From Planctomycetota bacterium (GTDB lineage: Bacteria; Planctomycetota; Planctomycetia; Pirellulales; UBA1268): DNA of 64,000 nucleotides. The notes beneath the pieces were generated by a model that had not been told where the DNA came from, searched no databases, and saw only the letters and a list, made by a program, of their open reading frames with translations. Below are positions 42,115 through 51,906 of the stretch, piece by piece. A program made the translations under genes and the position numbers. The stretch covers positions 108,238 to 172,237 of the forward strand of contig JANNSZ010000007.1 in the NCBI GenBank assembly GCA_031403195.1. The letters run 5' to 3'. Position 1 is the first letter of the stretch. Every line of letters begins with the position of its first letter.

Positions 42115-43140
42115 TTAGGCCGACGGGGCGTCAGGGCCCGCAGCGAGATGTTTTCCATGATTTCGGCTGGTGCCGTGGGGGGTATGAACCACATCCCATG
42201 CCAGGCCGAGCCGCTCGAGACCGACGATGGCCCAGTAGGTCGGATCGAATTCCCACCACTTGTGGCCATGGGCCGCCATCCGCTGGTGAGCGTGATGGTT
42301 GTTGTGCCAGCCCTCGCCAAAGGCGAGCAGGCCTACCCACCAGAGGTTTCGCGAGTCGTCGGTGGTCTCGTAGTTGCGGTAGCCCCATATGTGGCTCGCT
42401 GAATTTACGAACCAGGTGACGTGGAACACGATCACCATGCGAACCGCCAGGCCCCAGACGAGCCACGAGATACCGACCTCACGGCCATAGAGCGACCAGC
42501 CCGCGGCGAGCAGCGCCCCGCCGATCAGGAAATGCCACAACAGAAACGTGACATGGAGGAAGTGGACGCCCTTGTCCCTGGCGAGATCAGGCGCCCAGCG
42601 CTTTGTGTGGGCGTCAATCTCGGTCCTTGAATGATGCGGGAACAGCCAGAGCATGTGGGACCACATGCCGCCGTCGCGTGGCGAATGCGGATCGCCTTCT
42701 TGGTCGCTAAAAACATGGTGCTTGCGGTGATTCGCGACCCACACAAGCGCCGAGCCTTCGCCAGATATGCCTCCGAGCATCGCGAAAAAGAATCGCACCG
42801 GGGCGTAGGTCTGGAAGCTGCTATGGGTCAGGAGGCGGTGGTAGCCCAAGCACACCCCCAGCCCTCCGGTGACCCAGTAGAGCACGAGGCAAATCGCGAG
42901 GCCCGACCAGGAAAAGTAGAACGGCGCGGCGAGTGCTGCGAGATGAATGCCACCGATCCAAATCACAGTGGCCCAATCGAGTTGAGACCAGTCTGCCACG
43001 GGGCCCTCCCGGCGGGGCTCAGGCAGCGAGCCATCAGCCGCGGGGGCATCAAACGACGTGTCGCTCGGCAGGCCATCGGCGGGCCGCAGCGCGTCGACGT
43101 GTTCATCGAGCAGGGGTGCGGCGAGGGGCGCGGGGGTCAT
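42115..43140 (-). CDS. membrane acyl-lipid/acyl-CoA delta-9-type fatty acid desaturase
   Basis: Three His boxes: [30 protein letters not shown] at 43140 has GAGGAA upstream. The track start at 43227 is TTG. Confidence 0.88.
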   Translation of the reverse strand: MTPAPLAAPLLDEHVDALRPADGLPSDTSFDAPAADGSLPEPRREGPVADWSQLDWATVIWIGGIHLAALAAPFYFSWSGLAICLVLYWVTGGLGVCLGYHRLLTHSSFQTYAPVRFFFAMLGGISGEGSALVWVANHRKHHVFSDQEGDPHSPRDGGMWSHMLWLFPHHSRTEIDAHTKRWAPDLARDKGVHFLHVTFLLWHFLIGGALLAAGWSLYGREVGISWLVWGLAVRMVIVFHVTWFVNSASHIWGYRNYETTDDSRNLWWVGLLAFGEGWHNNHHAHQRMAAHGHKWWEFDPTYWAIVGLERLGLAWDVVHTPHGTSRNHGKHLAAGPDAPSA

Positions 43141-43290
43141 GGTGTGGTTCCTCGAGAGAGTGCGCGAGCGAAGCCGGGCCTCGACCGTGGGCACAACGGC
43201 ATATCGTTTGTGAGAATACTGTCGCAAAAAGCCATGCTTTCTGGCAGTGGTAGCCGGTAAGATTCCGGTCTGGTCTTTGTCAAAATTGCG

Positions 43291-44568
43291 TCAGAATCGC
43301 CGTTCCTCCTCGGCTGGGGCAGGCCCGGGCGCCAAGGATGGCAGGACCGACAAGAGCCATGCCCCGGGGCCTGCCGTGGGGCCAAACGTCGTACCTGGCG
43401 ATGAGAAGAGCCACGCGACACGGTCCGCCGTCACCAGTCCGACCGGTGCGGCCAAGAGGATTTCGCCGCGGGCGGTGGCAAGCCCACCTGGCATATGAGC
43501 CGACGGCTGGATCTGGACGCCATGGGGACCGATGGCCACGATGCAGGCGGCCTCGTCAAACACCAAAGGCTCGGCCGGTGGAACCCTTGCCGCGGCAGCG
43601 CCTGGCCGCGCAGCCAATGCCAGGACGATGCGATCGAAGAGGCGTCGTTCGACCTGGCCTCCGCCAACCGAGGCTTCGACCAGCGCGTTGATCACGCGGT
43701 TGCCCATCCATGTCAGTCGGCTGATCTCGACGGTGGCCGTGCCTGCGGCGCGATCGCCCACCGCGGCTGCCGCCGTGGCGAGGTTGATGCCGACAAGCCT
43801 TCCCCGGGCCTCGCCCTGCCAGCCGGCATTCGTGTGCGAGGCTCGGAGGGTCCCTTGCACGGTGGCTTGCTGGCCGACCGCCTCCAAGCCAGGCGACCTT
43901 CCACTGCTCGCCAAGGCCACCATGGCGAGGGGCACCGGTGTGGTGATGGTCGCATCGACCTCATAGGTGATCGCCAGATCAGGGGCGTCGGCACGGTGGC
44001 GAACGACCCGTACTTCGTCATCCGTAGTGCCTCGCCGAACGATCCGGACCGCCCTCGAGCGGTCATGCATCACACATTCGGCGCGAAGGGGCGTGGGCGG
44101 TGTGCCGGGCTCATCCCCATCGCGGGTCGCTGCATCACCCCACGAAAAATGCCCGACCTCGATGATGCATGCCCTCCTGAAACGGAGATCGTCGGTGAGC
44201 CACCGCTCAGCGAGATCGACCGCGATGGCGGCAGTTTCCGCGTCGCAGGCAAGCCACGGAATTCGTATACGGTCCTCGTTGGCCGACGACTCGACCTCCA
44301 CCATCGCAAGCGCGACCGGAGACAGGCCACCGATGGATGGAATCACACAGTCGTGAGCCCGCACCACGCCTGGCCGCGGGTGCTCGAGGCGTCCGATCGA
44401 CAAAGGCACCCCGAGGGCGTCCTGCCACCGTCGCTCCACCTGGGCCCGATGGGCGTCGCTTCGGAGGTGGGTAGCCCAAGCCACGAGCACGACCGTAGGC
44501 ACGAGCCCCGCCGCCAGAAAAACAAGCCTGGCACGGCGGATGCGGGCGATGGAGCGGGCGATGAACAT
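43291..44568 (-). CDS. hypothetical membrane-anchored protein (425 aa)
   Basis: ATG at 44568 with GAGGAA 5 nt upstream. N-terminal TM RLVFLAAGLVPTVVLVAWA. The rest is Ala/Arg/Gly-rich with no motif I recognise. It is co-directional with its neighbours. Confidence 0.6.
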   Translation of the reverse strand: MFIARSIARIRRARLVFLAAGLVPTVVLVAWATHLRSDAHRAQVERRWQDALGVPLSIGRLEHPRPGVVRAHDCVIPSIGGLSPVALAMVEVESSANEDRIRIPWLACDAETAAIAVDLAERWLTDDLRFRRACIIEVGHFSWGDAATRDGDEPGTPPTPLRAECVMHDRSRAVRIVRRGTTDDEVRVVRHRADAPDLAITYEVDATITTPVPLAMVALASSGRSPGLEAVGQQATVQGTLRASHTNAGWQGEARGRLVGINLATAAAAVGDRAAGTATVEISRLTWMGNRVINALVEASVGGGQVERRLFDRIVLALAARPGAAAARVPPAEPLVFDEAACIVAIGPHGVQIQPSAHMPGGLATARGEILLAAPVGLVTADRVAWLFSSPGTTFGPTAGPGAWLLSVLPSLAPGPAPAEEERRF

Positions 44569-44602
44569 CCTTGTTCCTCAGTCGGGCGATCGTGTGGTCG
44601 CG

Positions 44603-45742
44603 TTAGCGGCCGCAAGCCAGATCGTGATAGAGGCTCCAGCGGGCTTTCATTTCAGCGAGACTGTCGCCGCCAAACTTGTCGACGAGAGCCTGGGCCACCG
44701 TGAAGGCCACGACGTTTTCAACAATCACGCTGCACGCACTCACGGCGCAGATATCGCTGCGTTCATAGGAAGCGTCCTCGGGCTGCTTCGTGGTGAGATG
44801 AACGCTCGCCAGTGGTTTGCGGAGCGTGCTGATCGGCTTCATGGCAGCACGGACGACAAGTGGCTGGCTATTGGTCGTGCCACCCTCGAGACCGCCGGCA
44901 TTGTTCGAGGGACGGGTGTAGCCCTGGGTGGGGCCGTCGGCAGCGGAAGCGTCATAAGCGATCGGGTCATGGACCTCGGAGCCGCGGAGCCGGGCGGCCT
45001 GGAAGCCCATCCCGATCTCGACCCCCTTGATCGCTTGGACTGCCATCACGGATTGGGCCAGGAGGCCATCGAGCTTGCGGTCCCACTGGGCATGCGTTCC
45101 GAGGCCAATGGGCAGCCCTGTGACACGGGCCTCGACCACGCCCCCAAGGGTGTCGCCGTCCTTGCCGACGCGATCGATGAGGGCCTCGACCTCGGCATCC
45201 TTGTTGGGATGGAGTGAATAGATGCTGCTCGTGTCTCGAATCTGGCGCAGCTCGCCGAGCGTGCCCGGGCAGTCACCGAGCACGATGCCACCGAGCTCGG
45301 TCACCCATCCGGCAACATCGATGCCAAACGCAGCGAGCAGCTGACGGGCGAGGCCACCGGCTGCCACGCGGGCAGCCGTCTCACGTGCGCTCGCCCGCTC
45401 GAGGACGGCCCGTACTCCACCGAGGTGCTTGATGGCGCCGGCGAGATCCACATGGCCCGGTCGCGGTCGGTCAACCTCTTCGAGGCGCTCGAGCTTGGCG
45501 TCTCGATTGACAACCTCGAGTGCCAGAGGGCTTCCGAGGGTCACGCCTTTCCAGAGGCCGGAAAGGAATGTGACGGTATCGGTTTCGATCCGCTGCCGGC
45601 CACCGCGGCCGTAGCCACCTTGGCGACGCTGAAGCTCGGCATTGATGGCAGGCGCATCGACGGTGAGCCCCGCGGGAAAACCGTCGACGAGCGCGACGAG
45701 GGCAGGACCATGGGATTCACCGGCGGTCCAATATCGGAGCAT
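44603..45742 (-). CDS. aroC: chorismate synthase
   Basis: MLRYWTAGESHGPALVALVDGFPAG, GGRQRIETD, RPGH and ERSDICAV. Homology starts at ATG 45742; the track ORF extends to 45826. Confidence 0.93.
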   Translation of the reverse strand: MLRYWTAGESHGPALVALVDGFPAGLTVDAPAINAELQRRQGGYGRGGRQRIETDTVTFLSGLWKGVTLGSPLALEVVNRDAKLERLEEVDRPRPGHVDLAGAIKHLGGVRAVLERASARETAARVAAGGLARQLLAAFGIDVAGWVTELGGIVLGDCPGTLGELRQIRDTSSIYSLHPNKDAEVEALIDRVGKDGDTLGGVVEARVTGLPIGLGTHAQWDRKLDGLLAQSVMAVQAIKGVEIGMGFQAARLRGSEVHDPIAYDASAADGPTQGYTRPSNNAGGLEGGTTNSQPLVVRAAMKPISTLRKPLASVHLTTKQPEDASYERSDICAVSACSVIVENVVAFTVAQALVDKFGGDSLAEMKARWSLYHDLACGR

Positions 45743-45755
45743 GAGAGCGTGGCCA

Positions 45756-45766
45756 GGGGGGGGGGG
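45756..45766. repeat. G11 (C11 on the coding strand) homopolymer 13 nt upstream of the aroC start
   Basis: Direct reading gives GGCCA-GGGGGGGGGGG-AAGG. Confidence 0.9.
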
Positions 45767-45876
45767 AAGGCCTTTCGATTCTAGTTGCGGTGCGAGGAGA
45801 GTCCCTAGACCATTCACGCCGCACAAAGCCCGAAAAGACTGTGGAAAAGGCCGTTGTAAACCTGTTTCGTGGTCAG

Positions 45877-46812
45877 TTACGAAACGCCGTCCGGGAGCCG
45901 CCCTGTGAGAAGCCGACAGGCTTCCAGGTATTTCTTGCGGGTGCCGTTCACGACATCGGCCGGGAGAGCGGGTGGAGGGCTGGCCTTGTCCCAGCCGCTG
46001 CGTTCGAGCCAGTCGCGGACGAACTGTTTATCGAAAGATTCCGGCATGCGGCCCTGGCCGGTCGCGCTCGCAGGCCAGAACCGCGAGCTGTCTGGAGTGA
46101 GCACTTCATCGACCAGGATCAGGGAGCCATCGGGAAGCCGGCCCCACTCAAACTTGGTGTCGGCGAGCACGATGCCGTGAGCGGCAGCATGCTCGGCCCC
46201 GCGCCGATAGACCTCGATGCTCGTGTCGCGGAGTGTGGCCGCGAGTGTGGCACCGATCGCGGCAGCCATGACCTCGAATGATACGTTCTCATCGTGGCCG
46301 CTCACGGCTTTCGTGGCCGGCGTGAAGATTGGCTGCGGGAGCTTGTCGCCAGCGCGGAGGCCAGGAGAAAGCGGCGCGCCGCAGACGGTGCCATGCTGCT
46401 GGTATTCGGCAAGCCCCGAGCCGGCGAGCAAGCCGCGGACGACGCACTCAAAGGGAATGACCTCGGCCCGTCTGACGAGCATCGTGCGGCCGCGGAGCGG
46501 TTCACGGTCGATCGAGTCGGAGAGTTCCATCGCATCGACATCGGTCGTGAGGAGATGGTGGGCGATCGGATCAGAACCGCGTGCGAGAAGATCGAACCAG
46601 AAGGCAGAGATCGTGGTGAGCACCCTGCCTTTGTCGGGGATCGGTGTAGGGAGGATCCAGTCGAAGGCGCTGATCCGGTCGGTGCTCACGATCAAGAGCG
46701 CGTCACCGAATTGTGCCGTGCGATGGCGGTAGCAGTCACGCACCTTGCCGCGAACGGGCTCACCGAGCGGGAGGTTCGTGGTGGTAACGGGCGCTTTGCA
46801 AGACGAAGTCAT
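45877..46812 (-). CDS. purC: phosphoribosylaminoimidazole-succinocarboxamide synthase (SAICAR synthetase), long form
   Basis: GKVRDCY...LLIVSTDRISAFDWILPTPIPDKGRVLT...ILVDEVLTPDSSRFW. ATG at 46812 is chosen because the track start at 46872 lies inside a perfect hairpin. Confidence 0.9.
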   Translation of the reverse strand: MTSSCKAPVTTTNLPLGEPVRGKVRDCYRHRTAQFGDALLIVSTDRISAFDWILPTPIPDKGRVLTTISAFWFDLLARGSDPIAHHLLTTDVDAMELSDSIDREPLRGRTMLVRRAEVIPFECVVRGLLAGSGLAEYQQHGTVCGAPLSPGLRAGDKLPQPIFTPATKAVSGHDENVSFEVMAAAIGATLAATLRDTSIEVYRRGAEHAAAHGIVLADTKFEWGRLPDGSLILVDEVLTPDSSRFWPASATGQGRMPESFDKQFVRDWLERSGWDKASPPPALPADVVNGTRKKYLEACRLLTGRLPDGVS

Positions 46813-46835
46813 GGTGCCGGTTCTACAGCGCCTGG

Positions 46836-46873
46836 GTTGCCCGTGCCACGTCGCCGGACGTGGCACGGGCAAC
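46836..46873. repeat. compact copy of the palindromic repeat: perfect 17-bp stem, 4-nt loop
   Basis: GTTGCCCGTGCCACGTC-GCCG-GACGTGGCACGGGCAAC, followed by TCCTCGCGGATGCTTC. Sits between the dnaE2 stop (46891) and the purC start. No U-tract follows on either strand. Confidence 0.85.
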
Positions 46874-46890
46874 TCCTCGCGGATGCTTCT

Positions 46891-49800
46891 TCAGCAAAAA
46901 TCGCGAGACATGCGGGGCAGCGTCGCAAGGGCAGGGGGCTGAGGGAGTGGTGTGTCGCATGTCGCACTGGCTTCTCGGTCGCGAGCAGCAGCCGAGCCGA
47001 TCATGGTTGTGAGTCGCGTTGCCACCACATGTACGACCGCGCCTCGTCGCTGGATACGGCCCTCGACAAGCAGCACTGCGGTACGTCGAGCGGCATGGTC
47101 GGTGGCCTTCCAGATGTCGGGGCGAACCACGATGTTGGCCGTGCCAGTTTCATCTTCGATCGTCAGGAAAATCATTCCCTTGGCGGTGGCGGGCCGCTGA
47201 CGGACAAGCACGATGCCGGCCACCCGAACGCGGCGGCCCTCCGGTGTGGCGGTGGCCTCGGCGATGCATTCCACGCCGTAGGCCGCGAGCCGAGGCCTTT
47301 CGAAGACGAGCGGATGCGCCGTGAGCGAAAGGCCGCCGGTACGGTAGTCGGCGATGACTTCTTCTTGCCGCGTCATGGCCGGCAGCCCGCTTGGTTCACA
47401 GTCATCCTCGGTATCGTCGTGGTCAGCGAGCCCTTCCAGGAGTGGTCGGCTCGCCGGCTTATCGAGGCAGCGCATCGCCTCCCAGACTGCTCGGCGACGG
47501 GAGAGCCCGAGCGAACCGAGCGCCCCGGCGCGGGCTAGCTGCAAAAGCGCCTCTTGATCAAGCCTTGCCCGCCGGGCCAGGTCTCGCGGCAGTCGGAACA
47601 GTCCATCTCGCCGGGCTGTCACAATCCGCTCGGCTTCGGCCTCGCCAAGCCCGTAGACCTGCTCAAGCCCGAGCCGAATCGTCGGCTGCTGACCGTGCCC
47701 GCCATCGTGGCCTTCGAGCGTGGCGTGCCATTGGCTTACGTTTCCATCGGCTGGCAATACCTTCACACCGTGGCTGCGGGCATCGCGGACAAGCTGCGCC
47801 GGTGCATAGAACCCCATCGGCTGGCTCGCCAAGAGCGCTGCTGTGAAGGCCGCTGGATGATGGTATTTGAGCCACGCCGAGACATACACAAGGAGTGCAA
47901 AACTCGCCGCGTGTGATTCAGGGAAACCGTACTCACCAAAACCACGAATCTGGTTGAAGACCTGCTCGGCAAACTCTCTGGAGAGCCCGCGGACGAGCAT
48001 GCCATCGACGAGTTTTCGGTGAAACTCGTCGATCACGCCCGGCCGACGCCAGGCTCCCATCGCCCGCCGCAACTGATCGGCCTCACCCGGCGTGAAGCCG
48101 GCCGCGACCACCGCCAGCCGCATCGCCTGCTCTTGAAAGAGAGGTACTCCGAGCGTCTTTTCCAGCACCTCGCGGATCGCATCGTTCGGATAGACGACGG
48201 CCTCCTCGCCAGATCGCCTGCGCAGGTAGGGGTGAACCATGTTTCCTTGGATAGGCCCTGGTCGCACGATCGCCACCTCGATCACGAGATCATAAAAACA
48301 CCGTGGCTGCAGCCTCGGCAGCATGCTCATCTGCGCCCGGCTCTCGATCTGAAAGACGCCGATCGTGTCGGCCTGCGAGATCATCTCGTAGACAGCCGGA
48401 TCCTCGGCCGGCACGGTGGCCAGCGTGAGTGCAGGGCCGCCCGCCTTCTCCACCAGATCGAAGGCCCGGCGGATCGCCGTGAGCATGCCGAGAGCGAGGC
48501 AATCGACCTTCAGGATGCCAAGCTCGTCGAGATCGTTCTTGTCCCACTGCACAATCGTGCGGCCTGGCATCGTGGCCGACTGGACGGGCGTGAGGTCGGT
48601 GAGCCGCCCTCGCGTCATCACCATGCCACCCACGTGCTGGCCGAGATGCCGAGGGAAGCCGACAAGGCTGCCGACGAGTGAGATGAGCCTCGTGCCGGTG
48701 TCGCTGGCGGGGGCGATGCCCGCCTCCACCAGCCTTGTCGGCAGTTCCTCGAGGCCATCTCCCACGTCCAGCACGGTGGAGATCGCATCGACACGATCGA
48801 GCGACAGCCCCAGTGCCTTACCCACGTCGCGGACGGCCGACCGCAGTCGGTAGGAAATCACCTCGGCCGTCATGGCTGCCCGGTCGCGGCCGTAGGTCTC
48901 GTAGATGTATTGCAGCACTTCTTCACGGCGTTGATGCTCAAAGTCGACATCGATGTCGGGAGCCTCACACCTTTCCCGGCTCACGAACCGCTCGAAGAGG
49001 ACATTCATCCGAGCCGGATCGACCGATGTGATGCCCAGGCAGTAGCAGATCGCCGAGTTGGCCGCCGACCCGCGACCCTGGCAGAGAATTTTCTGTCGTC
49101 GCGCGAATCGCACAATGTCGAAAACGGTGAGAAAGTAGGCCTCGTAGCCAAGCTCGGTGACCAGCTCAAGCTCATGGGCGACAAGCCCTCGTATCTTTTC
49201 GGGAATCCCGTCGGGGTATCGCTTGTGAGCGCCTTTCCAGGCTAGGTCGGCCAAGTGTTCGGCGGCCGTGCGGCCAGGTGGCACGGTGGCCAACGGGTAT
49301 TCGTATTTCAACTCATCGAGTGAGAACGTGCAGCGGGTAGCGATCTCGGCAGACCGCTCGGCGGCCCCGGGGAGGGCTGCGAACCGTTCGGCGACCCGCC
49401 ACCGCTTGTGGAGATGCCGCTCGCCATTGGCTAGCAGCCTGCCGCGAATGCTTTCAACCGTGCTGCGATGCCGCACCGCCGTCAGGACATCAAAAAGCGG
49501 CAGACGGCTCCGCGCGTGGTAGCGGACATCGCCTGCCGCCACGATTGGCACACCGGTCTCTCTGGCGACGCGGCCGAACCACGCCAGCCGCTCGGCGTCA
49601 TCTCCTTCGAGGGCCACTTCGGCGAGGGCGCTGAGCTGGTCACCAAAGATGTCTCGCCACGAGATGAGTTTTTCAGACATCTCTCGTAAGCGATCATTGC
49701 CACACGATCGGTTGCGGTCGAGTTGGGCGAGTGGCACACCTGCCAGCAGGCCGTGTGTGTGCTGGGCAATGTCGTCGCGCGTCAGCAGGCATTGTCCGGC

Positions 49801-50166
49801 AACGCGTGCCGGCGGCGAGTCGTCGTTGGTGTCATGGTCGCCATCCTGCGTGACAGCCTGGGTATACCCGTGCGTCAGCAACTGGCAGAGGTTTGCATAG
49901 CCTGCTGCATTGGCGACCCAGACGATGATCGGTGGCGCATCCACCGGTTCAAGGCATGCACCAATGACGAGCTTGAGCCCCGCCTGCTTGGCCGCCCCGT
50001 GAGCCCGCACGATTCCCGTGAGCGTGGCCCGGTCGGTGATCGCAATCGCTTCGTAGCCGAGCGAGGCAGCGGATGCGACAAGCTCCTCAGGATGCGAGGC
50101 CCCTTCGAGGAATGAAAAGTTGCTCGTGCAGTGGAGCTCGGCATACCGCGGCTGCGAGTTTGTCAT
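46891..50166 (-). CDS. dnaE2: error-prone DNA polymerase III alpha-like subunit DnaE2
   Basis: 1091 aa. N-terminal YAELHCTSNFSFLEGASHPEELV (PHP domain) and Pol III alpha core. Synteny directly downstream of imuA-imuB identifies it as DnaE2 rather than the replicative DnaE. Confidence 0.92.
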   Translation of the reverse strand: MTNSQPRYAELHCTSNFSFLEGASHPEELVASAASLGYEAIAITDRATLTGIVRAHGAAKQAGLKLVIGACLEPVDAPPIIVWVANAAGYANLCQLLTHGYTQAVTQDGDHDTNDDSPPARVAGQCLLTRDDIAQHTHGLLAGVPLAQLDRNRSCGNDRLREMSEKLISWRDIFGDQLSALAEVALEGDDAERLAWFGRVARETGVPIVAAGDVRYHARSRLPLFDVLTAVRHRSTVESIRGRLLANGERHLHKRWRVAERFAALPGAAERSAEIATRCTFSLDELKYEYPLATVPPGRTAAEHLADLAWKGAHKRYPDGIPEKIRGLVAHELELVTELGYEAYFLTVFDIVRFARRQKILCQGRGSAANSAICYCLGITSVDPARMNVLFERFVSRERCEAPDIDVDFEHQRREEVLQYIYETYGRDRAAMTAEVISYRLRSAVRDVGKALGLSLDRVDAISTVLDVGDGLEELPTRLVEAGIAPASDTGTRLISLVGSLVGFPRHLGQHVGGMVMTRGRLTDLTPVQSATMPGRTIVQWDKNDLDELGILKVDCLALGMLTAIRRAFDLVEKAGGPALTLATVPAEDPAVYEMISQADTIGVFQIESRAQMSMLPRLQPRCFYDLVIEVAIVRPGPIQGNMVHPYLRRRSGEEAVVYPNDAIREVLEKTLGVPLFQEQAMRLAVVAAGFTPGEADQLRRAMGAWRRPGVIDEFHRKLVDGMLVRGLSREFAEQVFNQIRGFGEYGFPESHAASFALLVYVSAWLKYHHPAAFTAALLASQPMGFYAPAQLVRDARSHGVKVLPADGNVSQWHATLEGHDGGHGQQPTIRLGLEQVYGLGEAEAERIVTARRDGLFRLPRDLARRARLDQEALLQLARAGALGSLGLSRRRAVWEAMRCLDKPASRPLLEGLADHDDTEDDCEPSGLPAMTRQEEVIADYRTGGLSLTAHPLVFERPRLAAYGVECIAEATATPEGRRVRVAGIVLVRQRPATAKGMIFLTIEDETGTANIVVRPDIWKATDHAARRTAVLLVEGRIQRRGAVVHVVATRLTTMIGSAAARDREASATCDTPLPQPPALATLPRMSRDFC

Positions 50167-50181
50167 TCCAAGCCCTTCGCC

Positions 50182-51906
50182 TCAAGCGAATACCCCGTGC
50201 AGATACCAGTCACTTTCGTGCGGTTGGCGCGGTCGGCCACCGAGCCGGCGAAACAGCCAAAACCGTGCCCCCGATTCCGTTTCCACCACGTAGTAGTCGC
50301 GGCGGACCGTTGGCCCGCGCCACCAGGCTGTCTCAATTCGCTCAGGACCGTGCGCCTTCAGGACACCGTGGACGACATCACCCAGCCGAAACCGCACTGG
50401 TGGCAAGTTTGTGTCACAGTCCTCGAGCGGAATCGGTCGCGGCGGCATCCAGACGGGCCGACTACCGATGCGTGCCAAACGATTGCTACTGCTCCGCGTG
50501 GCCACTGCGGTTGGCGGGGCAGCAAGCCAGGCGTGTTCTGGCTGGGCGTCGGCCACGAGCCGCGGCTCAAACACTGCCGGTCGGCCGAGCCGGCCAGCGA
50601 GCCGGTCGAGCAAGAGCCCCACTTCAATAGCCTGTGTTTCAGCGGTTGCCGCCGAGTGACCCTCCTCGCCGGTATCGAAGAGTGGCCGCTGCCGGCATGC
50701 CGCCGGGCCGACAGCCACGACCTCCACGGCGATTGCCTCAATCTCACGTGGCAATCTCATGCGGCCCATGCGCAGCCGCACGAGATCAACCAGATGCCGC
50801 GGCGAACTGCTCGGCCGAAACACCCCGATATCGATCACCGTTGGGGCGGCGGTGGTCATCGCGGTGGCCGTCATGGCCGATTCGAGCCGTACTTGGAGCG
50901 ACAACACGCCTTCGCCCCGGGCGGCAAGCGTCGCCGTGCATCGCCCGACGAGCTGTTCAAGGAGGCTGGCCATCGCAGCTTCGTCGATCGAGGTGAGCGA
51001 CAAGGGCAATTCAAAATCATGCGATGCCAGAGGAAGCTGCTCGCCGTGCGGGGGCTCGATTGGCTCAGGCCGCGCGCCTGTGAATTCGGCCAGCCGCAGG
51101 GAAACACTCGCTGGGAACCTGGCTGCCAGGCTTTTGACTGGCAGCCGCAGTGCGCCGCCGATCGTGTCGATGCCGACCTCGCGGAGCATGTCGATAGCAG
51201 GAGCCTCGAGTCGCAAGGCCGAAAGTGGTAGATCCGCGAGCACGGCCTCCGCGCCACGAGCAAGCCGCTGCACTCCAGGTGGCACGACCACCGAGCGGTT
51301 GTGACGCGAGCGACTGAATTGTCTGGTCGAGACAGACGCAATCGGCAGCGCCTTGGTCACGAGGTCGGTGTGATGGGCGGCGGCCCAGGCGGCGGCTGGG
51401 GTGTCGGCAATGGCCGTGCGGGCATGCAGGCCACGGGCAGCGAGTGTCCAGGCGGCTGTGCGGGCCAGCGATTCCTCGCCGCCAAAGAAACCGGATGTGT
51501 TTGTGACGTCGAGATGGAGACATTCTGCAGCGGTCGCGCTACCAACCGTCCTGTGGCCCGGCATCGGTGGCACCGCTTCGATACCCACGACCGGCGCAAA
51601 ACGACGGCATACGCGAGCCAGTTGCGCGAGGGCTGCTGCATCAGCGGCCGGATCATCAGCATCGATCTCGGCGATGTGGCAAGCCTGTGAACCGTAGGCG
51701 AGTGCCAAGACCCCCATGGCCTCAGCCAGCGACATCCCCGGCTGGATCACAGCCCGTTGTCGTTTCGGTGGCTCGGCCCATGCCCACGATGCCACCGTCA
51801 TGAGCCCGCGTGCTTCCCGGCGACAGACAAACACCGGCCGTTTTCGCCATTCGGGCCGCTCGACAAGCCGCCGCTGAACCGGCCATCGTGGGATCCAGAT
51901 CGTCAT
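50182..51906 (-). CDS. imuB: ImuB, Y-family-polymerase-like protein of the mutagenesis cassette
   Basis: MTIWIPRWPVQRRL is a typical ImuB N-terminus. The ATG at 51906 overlaps the imuA stop (ATGA); the track start is 51918. Position between imuA and dnaE2. Confidence 0.85.
   Translation of the reverse strand: MTIWIPRWPVQRRLVERPEWRKRPVFVCRREARGLMTVASWAWAEPPKRQRAVIQPGMSLAEAMGVLALAYGSQACHIAEIDADDPAADAAALAQLARVCRRFAPVVGIEAVPPMPGHRTVGSATAAECLHLDVTNTSGFFGGEESLARTAAWTLAARGLHARTAIADTPAAAWAAAHHTDLVTKALPIASVSTRQFSRSRHNRSVVVPPGVQRLARGAEAVLADLPLSALRLEAPAIDMLREVGIDTIGGALRLPVKSLAARFPASVSLRLAEFTGARPEPIEPPHGEQLPLASHDFELPLSLTSIDEAAMASLLEQLVGRCTATLAARGEGVLSLQVRLESAMTATAMTTAAPTVIDIGVFRPSSSPRHLVDLVRLRMGRMRLPREIEAIAVEVVAVGPAACRQRPLFDTGEEGHSAATAETQAIEVGLLLDRLAGRLGRPAVFEPRLVADAQPEHAWLAAPPTAVATRSSSNRLARIGSRPVWMPPRPIPLEDCDTNLPPVRFRLGDVVHGVLKAHGPERIETAWWRGPTVRRDYYVVETESGARFWLFRRLGGRPRQPHESDWYLHGVFA

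Noticed and set aside
33374-42118. Long plus-strand ORFs 33374..35071, 35852..37117, 37810..38466, 38741..39409 and 40475..42118
   Set aside because: Each lies opposite a confidently assigned minus-strand gene (aroDE, mutL, ntrC-like, HK, pnp/rpsO). None has a recognisable domain.
43495-51231. Plus-strand ORFs 43495..44703, 46294..47538, 48019..48681 and 50131..51231
   Set aside because: They are antisense to the hypothetical gene/aroC, purC/dnaE2, dnaE2 and imuB respectively. Their composition is typical of non-coding frames in high-GC DNA.
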